Shown here: piece by piece, positions 1 to 9,681 of the stretch | How the letters are laid out: each line of letters opens with the position of its first letter | Numbering within the stretch: the first letter of the stretch is position 1 | Position numbers and translations under genes: made by a program | IMG/VR virus record: IMGVR_UViG_3300030060_002738 | Location: 1-64,000 of that record | Reading direction: 5' to 3' (one strand) | DNA length: 64,000 nt | From: a virus | The notes under the pieces: model-generated | The model's database searches: none | The model's input: the letters and a program-made list of their open reading frames with translations, nothing else | Told to the model about the DNA's origin: nothing

Positions 1-2262
1 GGAACACTAACACTTGCCTCCACAGATACCAACACTCAACTCAGCACGGAAGAGGTGCAGGACATCGTTGGGGCAATGGTGTCTAGCAACACGGAAACGA
101 ATATTGCTGTCACATACGATGACACAGGTGGCAAGTTGAATTTTGTTTCAACTAACACGCAACTGACTCTTCTCGATGAGGATGACTTTACATCTAATAG
201 TGCTACTGCCGCCGCCTCTCAGCAATCCATTAAGGCATATGTAGATGGCAAAACCGCATCCATAGTCGATTCTGCCCCTGCCGCCTTAGATACTCTGAAT
301 GAGTTGGCCGCAGCTCTCAACGATGATGCTAGTTTCTCGACCACTACTGCAACCTCGCTTGGCAACAGGTTGAGAATTGACGACAACCAATCCCTTACTA
401 GCACACAACAAGCACAAGGTCTAACTAACCTGGGTTTTACTGCATCCTTAGCAGAAATCAATATTCTTGATGGCGGGTTATCCGCATCCGACATTCCTAG
501 TTTGGCTACTTCAAAAATCACAAGTGGAACTTTCGCTGATGCTAGGATAGCACAGAGCAACGTCACTCAACACCAAGCCGCCCTTTCCATAACAGAATCA
601 CAAATTAGTGATCTTGGCTCATACATTACTGCACCTAGAACAGTCACCGCAGGTGGCAATACATTAGCCAATGGTGAAACGCTTGCATTTACCGCAGGTA
701 GCAATGTCACAATTACAGAAAGCGCAGGTGCGGTGACAATTGCCGCTACTAACACTACATACGGAGTGGGTAATGGTATTGGATTATCTTCAACAACTTT
801 CTTTGTAAATGCAGGTAATGGACTAGCACAAACAAGTAATGGGTTGCAGATAGCAGACCCTGATAATTTAGACCAACTAACCGAATCAACAGATGCCACC
901 GATGACAAGATTCTGCTTTGGGATGAGTCTGCGAGCTTGTGGAAATACATGACGCTCGATGATCTTCAGGATTCAATCGACACCACTGGTGGTGGTAGTA
1001 GCGGTATCTCTGACATAGTAGATGATACATCACCACAGTTAGGTGCTAATTTAGATGTCAATGGAAATAAAATTGTATCTGCTTCAAATACAGATATCAC
1101 AATAGAACCTCATGGTACTGGTGATATTCTACTCTATGCTGACACGGTAATCGCAGGTGATGCTTCTACTGACTTCAAGATGCAGCACAGGACAAAAACA
1201 AACTCGTTCATTAAGTTCTTAAATTCAGGTAATAATCAATTTACTGCTGATGCGAATATATATCTTAATGCAGATGAAGCGGGCAATGGTGGTAGTTTAA
1301 TTAGATTGAACGCCATTACAAGCCAACTTGGAAAGTCCAATACAAATGCTGTTCTAACTACACAGGGAACGGGCGACTTAACCCTAAGCACGAATGGAGG
1401 TACAAACTCTGGAACGATTGTTATTGCTGATGGTGCAAATAACGATATATCAATTACACCAAATGGTTCAGGTAATATTGTATTGGATGGTTTAACCTTC
1501 CCAAATTCAGATGGAAGCAATGGTCAAGTATTACAGACGAATGGTAGCGGTACACTTTCTTTCGTAACAGTAAGCAGTGGTAGCGGAGATATTACAGGCG
1601 TTACTGCTGGAACTGGTCTTTCAGGCGGTGGTTCTAGCGGTGGAGTTACACTTGCTGTTGATTTATCAGAATTAACAGACATGACTGCTGATGTTAATTC
1701 AAGTCAAGATGAGTTAATTATATTAGATAATGGTGCAGATAGAAGGAAATTAATCTCAGAGATACCATTATCAGCGTTTAACAATGATAGTGGATTTACT
1801 ACTTCAGATACCAATACCTTCGTTATTGTCGGTGAAGAATCAGACCAATATGTATCTTCTGAAGCGGGTGCGGGCAATGCAAATGGATTCTTTATCTCAT
1901 ATGGTAATGGTGGAAGAAACATCAGCAACAGTTCTTCTGGACTAGACCACGGCGTAGTGTTGCCTGTTGGTTGCACATTATCAAGAGTAGACTTTAATTT
2001 TGGTAATGTAGGTAGTGAGACTAATAGCAGTAATCAAACAATAACCGTCTTCAAGAATGAATCTGCAAGCACTACAACTATGGTCTACAATGCTAGTGGT
2101 AGTGGTGGAAATGTGTTCCAAAAGTCATTTACATCATTAAGTGGCAATGGTACATCATATTCAGCAGGTGACAGATTTAACGTAAGAGCAACAGGGTTAG
2201 CAGGGTATGGCGATACACAGGTTGGCCCTGTAAGAATGACAGCATACTTTACGGTAGCATGA
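1..2262 (+). CDS. Tail fibre / receptor-binding protein, 5'-truncated at the window edge
   Basis: Frame is open from base 1. Ser/Thr/Gly-rich, with fibre-type segments (SAPAALDTLNELAAALNDD, TSPQLGANLDVNG, GQVLQTNGSGTLSF, GDITGVTAGTGLSGG). Followed by a chaperone-like gene. Confidence 0.85.
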   Translation, partial: GTLTLASTDTNTQLSTEEVQDIVGAMVSSNTETNIAVTYDDTGGKLNFVSTNTQLTLLDEDDFTSNSATAAASQQSIKAYVDGKTASIVDSAPAALDTLNELAAALNDDASFSTTTATSLGNRLRIDDNQSLTSTQQAQGLTNLGFTASLAEINILDGGLSASDIPSLATSKITSGTFADARIAQSNVTQHQAALSITESQISDLGSYITAPRTVTAGGNTLANGETLAFTAGSNVTITESAGAVTIAATNTTYGVGNGIGLSSTTFFVNAGNGLAQTSNGLQIADPDNLDQLTESTDATDDKILLWDESASLWKYMTLDDLQDSIDTTGGGSSGISDIVDDTSPQLGANLDVNGNKIVSASNTDITIEPHGTGDILLYADTVIAGDASTDFKMQHRTKTNSFIKFLNSGNNQFTADANIYLNADEAGNGGSLIRLNAITSQLGKSNTNAVLTTQGTGDLTLSTNGGTNSGTIVIADGANNDISITPNGSGNIVLDGLTFPNSDGSNGQVLQTNGSGTLSFVTVSSGSGDITGVTAGTGLSGGGSSGGVTLAVDLSELTDMTADVNSSQDELIILDNGADRRKLISEIPLSAFNNDSGFTTSDTNTFVIVGEESDQYVSSEAGAGNANGFFISYGNGGRNISNSSSGLDHGVVLPVGCTLSRVDFNFGNVGSETNSSNQTITVFKNESASTTTMVYNASGSGGNVFQKSFTSLSGNGTSYSAGDRFNVRATGLAGYGDTQVGPVRMTAYFTVA

Positions 2263-2263
2263 G

Positions 2264-2617
2264 GTGAATGAAATGGCAATAGGAGAACACGGAGAAGAAA
2301 TAACAATCAGCATGGAAGAAGCAATGGCGAAGGTTAGAGCGTCTAGGAACTGGATGCTAGAGACCTATGTAGACTACTATCAAACTAAACCTATGCTTTG
2401 GAACTCATTGACAGATAATGAAAAACAACAGTTAACTGATTATAGACAAGCACTTCTTGATTGGCCTGAAGAGATACAACAGATATACGGTGATACACCG
2501 CCTAACTCATACTCTAGGTATCAGCCATACCAACCTGATTTCTTTCAGAATCATCCAAGAGGTATAATGTTCATAGACCCACAATCACCCTTGGGTAGAA
2601 CACTAAATGGAAACTAA
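2264..2617 (+). CDS. Tail fibre assembly chaperone-like protein
   Basis: R..RN.LL...D and YRQALLDWP motifs typical of phage fibre chaperones; directly downstream of the fibre gene. Confidence 0.7.
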   Translation: MNEMAIGEHGEEITISMEEAMAKVRASRNWMLETYVDYYQTKPMLWNSLTDNEKQQLTDYRQALLDWPEEIQQIYGDTPPNSYSRYQPYQPDFFQNHPRGIMFIDPQSPLGRTLNGN

Positions 2618-2717
2618 ATCAAACCGAAGGTCTTGATAAGAAGATAAGTAAAGTAAGCAGTTCCTGTCAGATAGAAACTCAGCCTAGCAAGGAACAGAAA
2701 ATCCTCTGCATCTAACA

Positions 2718-2996
2718 TTACTTCTTTCTTCCTTTCTTCTTAGGTGTCAGGATGTTCCTAGCAGTCTGCGAACAGAAACGAATCTTCTGAGTTGATTCCA
2801 ATGTCCAAAAGGAATCTCTCTCTAATCCAAACTTATCTTCGATGTGACAACACAACTCATACCTGCTCATCTTAGCGAAGTCATCGTCAATTTTCAACCC
2901 TAGAACTGGCCCTTCGGGATGGTCTAGTTTCTTATCCAACCAAACATAGGTATTCCCCATGAAGGAAATCAACTTTCTAATCATCCACTGTTTCAT
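2718..2996 (-). CDS. Hypothetical protein
   Basis: 92-aa ORF preceded by a GTGA SD-like motif; basic C-terminus. Confidence 0.6.
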   Translation of the reverse strand: MKQWMIRKLISFMGNTYVWLDKKLDHPEGPVLGLKIDDDFAKMSRYELCCHIEDKFGLERDSFWTLESTQKIRFCSQTARNILTPKKKGRKK

Positions 2997-3002
2997 ACTA
3001 AA

Positions 3003-3710
3003 TCACTTTCCCGACTCTTCCCAATCTCTTATCCAATCAAAAGCCTCACCATCAATTTCACTACCTATATTTTTAAAGAAACTAGTCATTCGACTATTAT
3101 AACCACCTAAATCTCTAACAGATTGTAAGAGTATACTGTTACCGGGATTAGTATTAGTTGAACCAGTATTAGTTCCCGATAGTAGGGATTGATTCAATGC
3201 GTTGACTTCTTCATCTATGAATCTGTTTAGTGCAGACGCAATTTTTGTGGCTGCGCTTTTACGCAGAGAATTAAGTTCTTGGGATGGATAATAAGAAACG
3301 GCTACAATAGGCAAAATGTTATCCCTAAACTCCTTAGTTTGCATGAACTCGTATACTATGGGTTGTGAATGCCCATATAGATTAAGTGGCTTTTCTCTAG
3401 TAGAACCATAATTTGCATATTGCGTTTTGTAGTCTTTATTTGCATTCCAATATGTAGCAGTGCTTCTAAAATTATCATCACCAAAATCTGCAAGAGTCAC
3501 ATATCCATGTTTAGTTATCTCTTCACCTATCACGGTGTATAACTTATCAGTTTTTCCATGTGCCATTCGATGTTTTGCTCCGTAGTCTCCCATCATTCCT
3601 CGCATTCCATTAACAGGAAACTCAGGGTTATTCTCATCTCTTACATTGTATACATCAAGTATGAAATCAGCAGTTATTGTTGAAATTTTCAGTATAGAAA
3701 ACCAACTCAT
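3003..3710 (-). CDS. Hypothetical protein with MSWFSILK leader (candidate virion cargo)
   Basis: Start re-assigned to ATG 3710, after GGGGAG. The N-terminus matches the W-x-x-I-L-K leader seen in the head module. Confidence 0.65.
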   Translation of the reverse strand: MSWFSILKISTITADFILDVYNVRDENNPEFPVNGMRGMMGDYGAKHRMAHGKTDKLYTVIGEEITKHGYVTLADFGDDNFRSTATYWNANKDYKTQYANYGSTREKPLNLYGHSQPIVYEFMQTKEFRDNILPIVAVSYYPSQELNSLRKSAATKIASALNRFIDEEVNALNQSLLSGTNTGSTNTNPGNSILLQSVRDLGGYNSRMTSFFKNIGSEIDGEAFDWIRDWEESGK

Positions 3711-3940
3711 ACATACTCCCCACAGTATGTGCAGAAACATCCTTGCTTTGAAAATACAATTGGTCTAATCCATTCGCAGGTGATACATACACCCAAGTCG
3801 AACTCACTTTTCATAGTCTCAGTCTACTCCAACACCATAGACCGTGAAGCAGTTCCCAAATAATCATTCCTTAAATCAACATTCCTATCTTCTTTGCAAC
3901 CCAATGCCAAAAGCGAGATAGTTCTACACCACCTATGTCA

Positions 3941-4084
3941 TCATCTATCAATCAAATCATCCTCCACATCAAAAATTGAATTTATCCCACCAAGACCTTG
4001 CAGCCAATAATACTCTCTCATAACTTGAGAGACAAAGAGACTTACTACACCAATCAAAACAGCAATTAAGATTAACTCAATCAC
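3941..4084 (-). CDS. Small single-TM protein (47 aa, MIELILIAVLIGVVSLFVS...)
   Basis: Manually translated. GTG start overlaps the upstream stop; hydrophobic N-terminal helix. Confidence 0.5.
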   Translation of the reverse strand: MIELILIAVLIGVVSLFVSQVMREYYWLQGLGGINSIFDVEDDLIDR

Positions 4085-4221
4085 TACTCATCCCAATCCT
4101 CAAACATTTCTGCTAAACAATTGATGAACATCTTACATGTGGAAAACGGCCTACTCATATGGTGTAGAATGCACACTAGAAGGTAAAAATAAATTCCGTC
4201 TTTAAGTGCGCTGCTGTTGCA

Positions 4222-4290
4222 TGAAAAAAATTGCAAAAATAAAAAGCCGAAAAAAACGAAGTGGCCTAGTAAAATTAATTACTAGACCAC
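4222..4290 (-). terminator. Hairpin plus oligo-T terminator of the - strand replication operon
   Basis: Inverted repeat GTGG-C-CTAGTAA/TTACTAG-A-CCAC (4261-4290), followed on the - strand by several T5-T7 runs. Confidence 0.6.
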
Positions 4291-4412
4291 AACGCTTTAC
4301 ATTCTCTGCACTGCCATATGTGCAAAGTCTCAGAAGAACCAACGACTCTACCTTCTATTCTTCTAGGGATAGTCTCCCTAGAACATTGAAAGCATATCTT
4401 AGCCAGTGCCAC
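4275..4412 (-). CDS. Zn-ribbon microprotein (45 aa, CxxC-x24-CxxC...W), TFS/RPB9 C-ribbon-like spacing
   Basis: Manually translated: MALAKICFQCSRETIPRRIEGRVVGSSETLHIWQCRECKALWSSN. Confidence 0.55.
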   Translation of the reverse strand: MALAKICFQCSRETIPRRIEGRVVGSSETLHIWQCRECKALWSSN

Positions 4413-4557
4413 TGCGACCACGTTCGTCTTCAATCAGATTCTCCATATACTCTTCGATGCTGGATTCAGTGTACTTACTGTTACCAAATGCAGCGAAGAA
4501 CAATAGAGAGATTATGATGACAAAGACAAACCATCCGAACCATTCCCAAGGACTCAT
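4399..4557 (-). CDS. Small single-TM protein (52 aa)
   Basis: Manually translated MSPWEWFGWFVFVIIISLLFFAAFG...; abuts the exonuclease stop codon. Confidence 0.6.
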   Translation of the reverse strand: MSPWEWFGWFVFVIIISLLFFAAFGNSKYTESSIEEYMENLIEDERGRSGTG

Positions 4558-5151
4558 CTACCACTTCACCTCCAACTCTTTTGCTTCTTCATCTTTTATG
4601 GAAAATCCCTTTACTAGATTGTTCTCCTTGCCGTATACCCACAGGTCATAGACTATCTCGCAATCCTTGAGACAGTAATCTGCTACTTCAGTGTATCTGC
4701 CGTCTTTCCAAACCATAGGAGCATCAGCACTAGCCATTAGTTTCTCTGTGCCTAGAGTATGATGTGCTAGATTGTCAAGTGGGTATCTCTCTCCATACTC
4801 TTTGCTTAGAACTGCACTTGTATCGATATAGGCTCTCTTATCCAAGTATTCCTTAATGCAATAGATGTCCATAGCATTCTTCAACACCGCTAAATCAAAG
4901 GCAACGATATTATGTCCTAAAAGAATCCCATCATTCTGTCGATGTTTATCCAAGTCAAACTTCAACTCAGATAGCGGTTTGACAACAGTATTTGACTTTC
5001 TTAAAGAGCCAATTGGCTTGTCAATATACACTGTTCCAACGTTTCCATCATATGTGCATACAGTGGACACTTGAAACAAATGTGTGTTGTTCCACCCACC
5101 TATTTCGTGTGAGTAGTTCTTTGTTTCAATGTCAAGGGCTAAGACGTTCAC
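4558..5151 (-). CDS. DEDD / RNase H-like 3'-5' exonuclease
   Basis: LALDIET (ExoI), GHNIVAFD (ExoII), YCLKD (ExoIII). Confidence 0.85.
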   Translation of the reverse strand: MNVLALDIETKNYSHEIGGWNNTHLFQVSTVCTYDGNVGTVYIDKPIGSLRKSNTVVKPLSELKFDLDKHRQNDGILLGHNIVAFDLAVLKNAMDIYCIKEYLDKRAYIDTSAVLSKEYGERYPLDNLAHHTLGTEKLMASADAPMVWKDGRYTEVADYCLKDCEIVYDLWVYGKENNLVKGFSIKDEEAKELEVKW

Positions 5152-5399
5152 TCGTCACCACTTTCCCCTGTCCAAAGATTTGCCAGTTTCTTAGCCTGAG
5201 CCTCTGCTGGATTGGGTGCTTGGATTAAATTTGGTTTACACATCCATGCTACTAGGTGTTCTCCACCGCCAACTGTTATCATTGTCGATAGATACCATCC
5301 ATCCTTCCCATATGTATTCAGGGATTCATTTATCACTTTCGGGCCATCACTAACGTTAAACACCAAGAACTGATGTTCGTATGTATCTTTTTTTGTCAT
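5148..5399 (-). CDS. Small DUF4177-like protein
   Basis: YE...LNTYGKDGWYL pattern. Confidence 0.5.
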   Translation of the reverse strand: MTKKDTYEHQFLVFNVSDGPKVINESLNTYGKDGWYLSTMITVGGGEHLVAWMCKPNLIQAPNPAEAQAKKLANLWTGESGDE

Positions 5400-6874
5400 T
5401 CTTTTTCCTCCTTATTTTTCATTCTCACATATGCCCGTATACCTATCTTCTTGTTATCAAACATATCTGAAATTTCCTTAAACTGCCTGTATATGGTTGC
5501 TTGTCCTTTTTTCGTATCTTTCCTTACTTTTTCTAACAGTAATGCTTTATTCACCCAACCATCATCGTCTTCTCTTAGCAACTTAGTGTACGCTATTCTA
5601 AAAGCATTAACATTCACTTTCTCATGTAAAGCAGTTGCCTTCACCTTCAAGGCTACATCAAGCCACGTTACCAGCGATTTATAGCATTGTCGAATCACTG
5701 AAGAGGCTTGACGTACATGCCTTTCAGTTACAATGAACCTTTTGTCCTTGTCTTTTATGTTAGGTGCTTCAGCGATACAACATAGCACTGCAAGCCTAGT
5801 CATAGTCTGATTCAGTCTTGTGATGAAGTTACCAGCAATCTCAAACACTTCAGGTCTACTGCTTGATACATAATTCCTCATCTTATTGGATTCGTTCTTC
5901 AAAGAATCAGTGAATCCCCTACCAAACCTGATAGTGTGAAGTGGGTCATTACCTGCATCTTCATACCTCTCTCTAAGAGCATCATAAATCAGAGCAATGT
6001 TGTTCGCATGTTTCTGAATAGGAGCATTCTTTGGTTTGATTGTCCCTATCTCATCTAGAATCATCTCTCTCAATTCATCCTGTATTTCCTGTGGAACTTC
6101 AGAGATGAAAATCAGTGTTCTCTGAATAACTCCCTTCTCTGCTATGATGCTTGTTAGCATCTTAGGAATATAGGTAGTAGCATACAGACTCCTCTGACTC
6201 CTGCACTCAATCATGTCACCCTGTCGTAGTTTCTTTTGTATAATCCAGTTCTCACCATAGATGGTGTTCATCATCTTGTTAAGATACATGATTACATTCT
6301 CTTTGTGCTGTGAAGCCTTGAATACACCTGAGTATTCAAACTCGTCATAAGCGACTAATCCACTGCCTTCAAAGCCACCATCAATCTGAACTAGTTGTTC
6401 TTCCCAAGTGGTGTTTCCATTCTCATCCTCTACTGCTACACGTTCCTTCTCAATAGAACCAATCAGCGCGGCATCAGTGGCATCATCAACCGAGAACACA
6501 TCAAAGTTAGTACCAAACTTAGCATTGATTAAACGCATTGTTTCCTTAGCAACAGGGCCAAAGAAATCATACAGAACAGTCTTTCCAGTTCCTGATGTTT
6601 GCATCCACAAGAAATGTATCCTTGTGTCATCTCTTCTTGTCCCACTCGGTATGGAAACCATGTCCTTGCATATTTGTCCTAAAATAACAAAGAAACCAAT
6701 CGTTGCTGGTATCTCATTGTACTTCGACATATCTGCTGCGTCTTTCACATACTGTTCTACTACCTTCGGTAAACTGTTCTTCTTTTGAACAGGAACTACA
6801 TTGCTATCACTCAGTCCCTCGTAGTATAGGCGGTCATCGTTATATTCATCATTTTCATTTGTATTTGTGTCCAT
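5396..6874 (-). CDS. mcm: MCM-like AAA+ replicative helicase (N-terminal OB/Zn domains apparently absent)
   Basis: Walker A TSGTGKT, TDAALIGS, Walker B AYDEFE, ITR...RLA, VTERHVRQA, C-terminal winged-helix-like region. Confidence 0.7.
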   Translation of the reverse strand: MDTNTNENDEYNDDRLYYEGLSDSNVVPVQKKNSLPKVVEQYVKDAADMSKYNEIPATIGFFVILGQICKDMVSIPSGTRRDDTRIHFLWMQTSGTGKTVLYDFFGPVAKETMRLINAKFGTNFDVFSVDDATDAALIGSIEKERVAVEDENGNTTWEEQLVQIDGGFEGSGLVAYDEFEYSGVFKASQHKENVIMYLNKMMNTIYGENWIIQKKLRQGDMIECRSQRSLYATTYIPKMLTSIIAEKGVIQRTLIFISEVPQEIQDELREMILDEIGTIKPKNAPIQKHANNIALIYDALRERYEDAGNDPLHTIRFGRGFTDSLKNESNKMRNYVSSSRPEVFEIAGNFITRLNQTMTRLAVLCCIAEAPNIKDKDKRFIVTERHVRQASSVIRQCYKSLVTWLDVALKVKATALHEKVNVNAFRIAYTKLLREDDDGWVNKALLLEKVRKDTKKGQATIYRQFKEISDMFDNKKIGIRAYVRMKNKEEKE

Positions 6875-7564
6875 TCATATCACCATTTTGTCCTCTTTGT
6901 TCAGCACATCGATTACCCTCTTGGCAATCACCTTTCCAAATCCATCTAATTCACATATCTCCTCGATGGATGCTTCTCCTATCTCCATGATAGAGCCGAA
7001 CTTTTCTATCAGGAGTTTTGCTTTCTTCGGGCTTATGCCCTTTACTGTGCATAGCACATCTATTCTCAAATCAGTAGTCGCTATACGCTTTCTGATTATA
7101 CTAGGAGTGTGTATCTCTCTATCTATCGGATGCATCTTACAGACAACAGCGATTAGTCTCGCTGCTTGTCTAGCAGATGATACCCAAATGATGTTAGCGT
7201 CAGTATCTAGTATTATCTTACCAAACGCACCGTCAAACTTGTTTCTCAACATCCTCGCTTGTCCTGCCTTGTTGTTGACATAATGCAAGTGATTCTCCAA
7301 CGCATCATTGAAACTGCCATATACAATTACAATGTTATTGACGAACTTCGCATCCATGTTATCTAATTGATTCCAAAGCCTCTTGTTTATTACAGAGGAT
7401 AAGAAATCAAAGGTTGACTTCGCTTCAAAGCAGACATCAGCAAAGGTATAATCCCCAATATCTAACCATTCTTTCTCATATGGTATGGTCATCTCTTTAC
7501 AGTAGGTTTCCACTAAGTCGGAGAGTTCTGAAGACTCTCTACTGTCAATCTTCAGTTTATCCAT
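6875..7564 (-). CDS. ERCC4/XPF (Hef-like) structure-specific nuclease with HhH motifs
   Basis: IDSRE, GDY..., FEAKS..D, tandem HhH (KGISPKKA, DGFGKVIA). Confidence 0.85.
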   Translation of the reverse strand: MDKLKIDSRESSELSDLVETYCKEMTIPYEKEWLDIGDYTFADVCFEAKSTFDFLSSVINKRLWNQLDNMDAKFVNNIVIVYGSFNDALENHLHYVNNKAGQARMLRNKFDGAFGKIILDTDANIIWVSSARQAARLIAVVCKMHPIDREIHTPSIIRKRIATTDLRIDVLCTVKGISPKKAKLLIEKFGSIMEIGEASIEEICELDGFGKVIAKRVIDVLNKEDKMVI

Positions 7565-8567
7565 CGTGATACCTCCAACACTTTCCTACACAGTAGCCTT
7601 GTGGAATCAAAACGCTGTTACAGCCCGGAGCGTTGTATCCTTTGTCTACGATTCCCCTAACATACCTCTCAGTAGTAGGTGCATTCCAATCGAGCCATAC
7701 GTCAGTCTTTGATGCTATTGCTTCAAGTTCATTCATTATACTAGTAGTAATTTGCTTGTTCTGCTCAGGAGTAGGGTTTCTATTTCCCATGCTCAGTAAA
7801 TCACGATACCATTGAACAAGATAGACTCTAGCATAGTGACTAGGGTTCTCGACCATTATCGCATTATGTAGACATGGAAGAATAGGTATTTTACCTACTG
7901 GTGTTGGTATTTCTACCTCTATGTCACTCATCTCTATTGGTTTCATCTCAGGGAATACAACGAGTTTAGTACCTACATCGGATACTACCTTCCTTGGTTT
8001 CTTAGCCATTTCCAAGACAGAACTTAACTTTCCTTGCAGGTCTTCTGCTAACAAAGGAATGCAGTAGTAGGGGTTGCCGTTCTCATCTGAACTACTAAGG
8101 TTCATTGAATTAGGCACTCTTCTTAGCCTATTCGTTTGTATGCCCGTTCTATCCAGTGTATCAATACCATCGCTGATTTCGGAATAATACTGTTGAATGC
8201 TTCGGATATCATCAACGGGTTCTCCATAAACAAAAACATGGAAACCCTTGCCACTAAAATACATTTTGAAACGAATGTCGTCTTTCAGTAGTTTATCTGT
8301 GACAACTAGCAGGTCTCGCCATGCATCTTCCAATGGTTCATCGTGAGCATCAAAATCCAAGAAAGCCCTATCTAAGATAACGGAGTCTTCCATCTTCACC
8401 TCATTCTTGAAGTTAGCAAAGTCATAGACTGTCGTATAGCAGTTCATCTTCCCGTTGAAGGAATTGAACCAGTTAACAAATTCACTCTTCGTCTTGACTA
8501 CTCTTCTTTTCATCTGTGGTGCGTTTCTTAGATGACTTCCCGCCCACACTTCTCTTGGCATTTCCAT
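7557..8567 (-). CDS. Archaeo-eukaryotic primase, PriS-PriL(Fe-S) fusion
   Basis: AEP motifs FLDFD, FSGKGFH, RLRRVPNS. C-terminal LPCL...H..R...GC...GYC.G.C cluster-binding region. Confidence 0.85.
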   Translation of the reverse strand: MEMPREVWAGSHLRNAPQMKRRVVKTKSEFVNWFNSFNGKMNCYTTVYDFANFKNEVKMEDSVILDRAFLDFDAHDEPLEDAWRDLLVVTDKLLKDDIRFKMYFSGKGFHVFVYGEPVDDIRSIQQYYSEISDGIDTLDRTGIQTNRLRRVPNSMNLSSSDENGNPYYCIPLLAEDLQGKLSSVLEMAKKPRKVVSDVGTKLVVFPEMKPIEMSDIEVEIPTPVGKIPILPCLHNAIMVENPSHYARVYLVQWYRDLLSMGNRNPTPEQNKQITTSIMNELEAIASKTDVWLDWNAPTTERYVRGIVDKGYNAPGCNSVLIPQGYCVGKCWRYHDG

Positions 8568-8856
8568 TTTTATTATCCTCCTTAAACGAGACTTTCGCTT
8601 CAAGCAATTCTGCTCTGACGACTTCTGCTATTTTTATTCTTAATTCTGTCATCACTGTGTTCATGTATATTTGACCAAAGGGAGTTCTTTCTTCTGCAAA
8701 AATATCAGTCTCCCAAATCATTTTCAGTTTATCAGTTGTGGGCATTTTCTCATACAATGTCTCTGCTAGATTGTTTACCGTATCAGATACGTTTGCAATC
8801 TCCGAGAAACTCCACACCTTTTGATTCAATTCTTCTTTTACCATTTTATCTATCAT
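8482..8856 (-). CDS. Hypothetical protein
   Basis: 124-aa ORF in operon context. Confidence 0.55.
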   Translation of the reverse strand: MIDKMVKEELNQKVWSFSEIANVSDTVNNLAETLYEKMPTTDKLKMIWETDIFAEERTPFGQIYMNTVMTELRIKIAEVVRAELLEAKVSFKEDNKNGNAKRSVGGKSSKKRTTDEKKSSQDEE

Positions 8857-8952
8857 TTTTCTTCCTCTTTACTTTATTCTTGTTTTCGTGATACTGCTCC
8901 CAAGTCATTCCATTACTTTCTGTTATGAAAGCCCATAGTCTGCTTAGAAGTT

Positions 8953-9681
8953 TCATTCATTATTCTCTCCTTGTAGTCTCTGTTGTTGCATTCTTATGTA
9001 CTTCGCTGATACGAAGCCCTCTTCCATATCTCGTTGTCTGATGAAGTTCTTGCCTCCATGTGGCACTACTAGGTCATTCGCTGCTGCTACATGTTCTGCC
9101 TCTTGTTGAGACTGAAGTATAGCACCATTCTTCCATCCTATTTTCATAGGGTTATCTTCCATGAAGACCCACAGGTGATACTGATTGCTTGTATCTACCA
9201 TTCTTGACATGGCAGGATACAGTTCTATCGCTTCCTTCTCTTCACCACATATCTCGTTCTTTATCCTTTGAAGGTCTCTCCAATCGTGAGCCATGTGATT
9301 GTTATCGTTGTTCTTGATTGACAAATGCTTCATTGGTATTCCCAATTGGTCTGAAGCGTCATACACCTGAACAACGTATCTACTGTTAGCATACACTGCT
9401 TCAGGTATCTTGAGAGCCTTTTGTGATAAAGGAGAGACGTTGGTATGTTCATTCATCTTTGTAGTATTCTCCATCTGCATCTTGAGTATATGTTCATCCT
9501 TCTCTAGTGTAGTCCAAGCAGGGCGATGCTTCAGATATATGTCTATCACATCATCAAGGTTTGATGCATGTATGATTTTCTCTTTGGGTTTACTAGGAGG
9601 CATACGATTACCTTTGGAAGTCTTACTTCTCAGATATCTCAACCTTCTGTTTCTTGCATCATTTCTAGGCATTAGAACCAA
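8953..9681 (-). CDS. Conserved phage-type hypothetical protein
   Basis: HLSIK...HDWRDLQRIKNEICG...AIELYP...VDTSNQYHLW motif, recognisable from phage proteins of unknown function. Confidence 0.6.
   Translation of the reverse strand: MVLMPRNDARNRRLRYLRSKTSKGNRMPPSKPKEKIIHASNLDDVIDIYLKHRPAWTTLEKDEHILKMQMENTTKMNEHTNVSPLSQKALKIPEAVYANSRYVVQVYDASDQLGIPMKHLSIKNNDNNHMAHDWRDLQRIKNEICGEEKEAIELYPAMSRMVDTSNQYHLWVFMEDNPMKIGWKNGAILQSQQEAEHVAAANDLVVPHGGKNFIRQRDMEEGFVSAKYIRMQQQRLQGENNE

Noticed and set aside
4274-4288. 15-bp ATTAATTACTAGACC also present at 35565-35579, flanking the replication module like att sites
   Set aside because: AT-rich, only two copies, one lies within a coding end and terminator stem, and no integrase is seen; may be chance or a regulatory motif.
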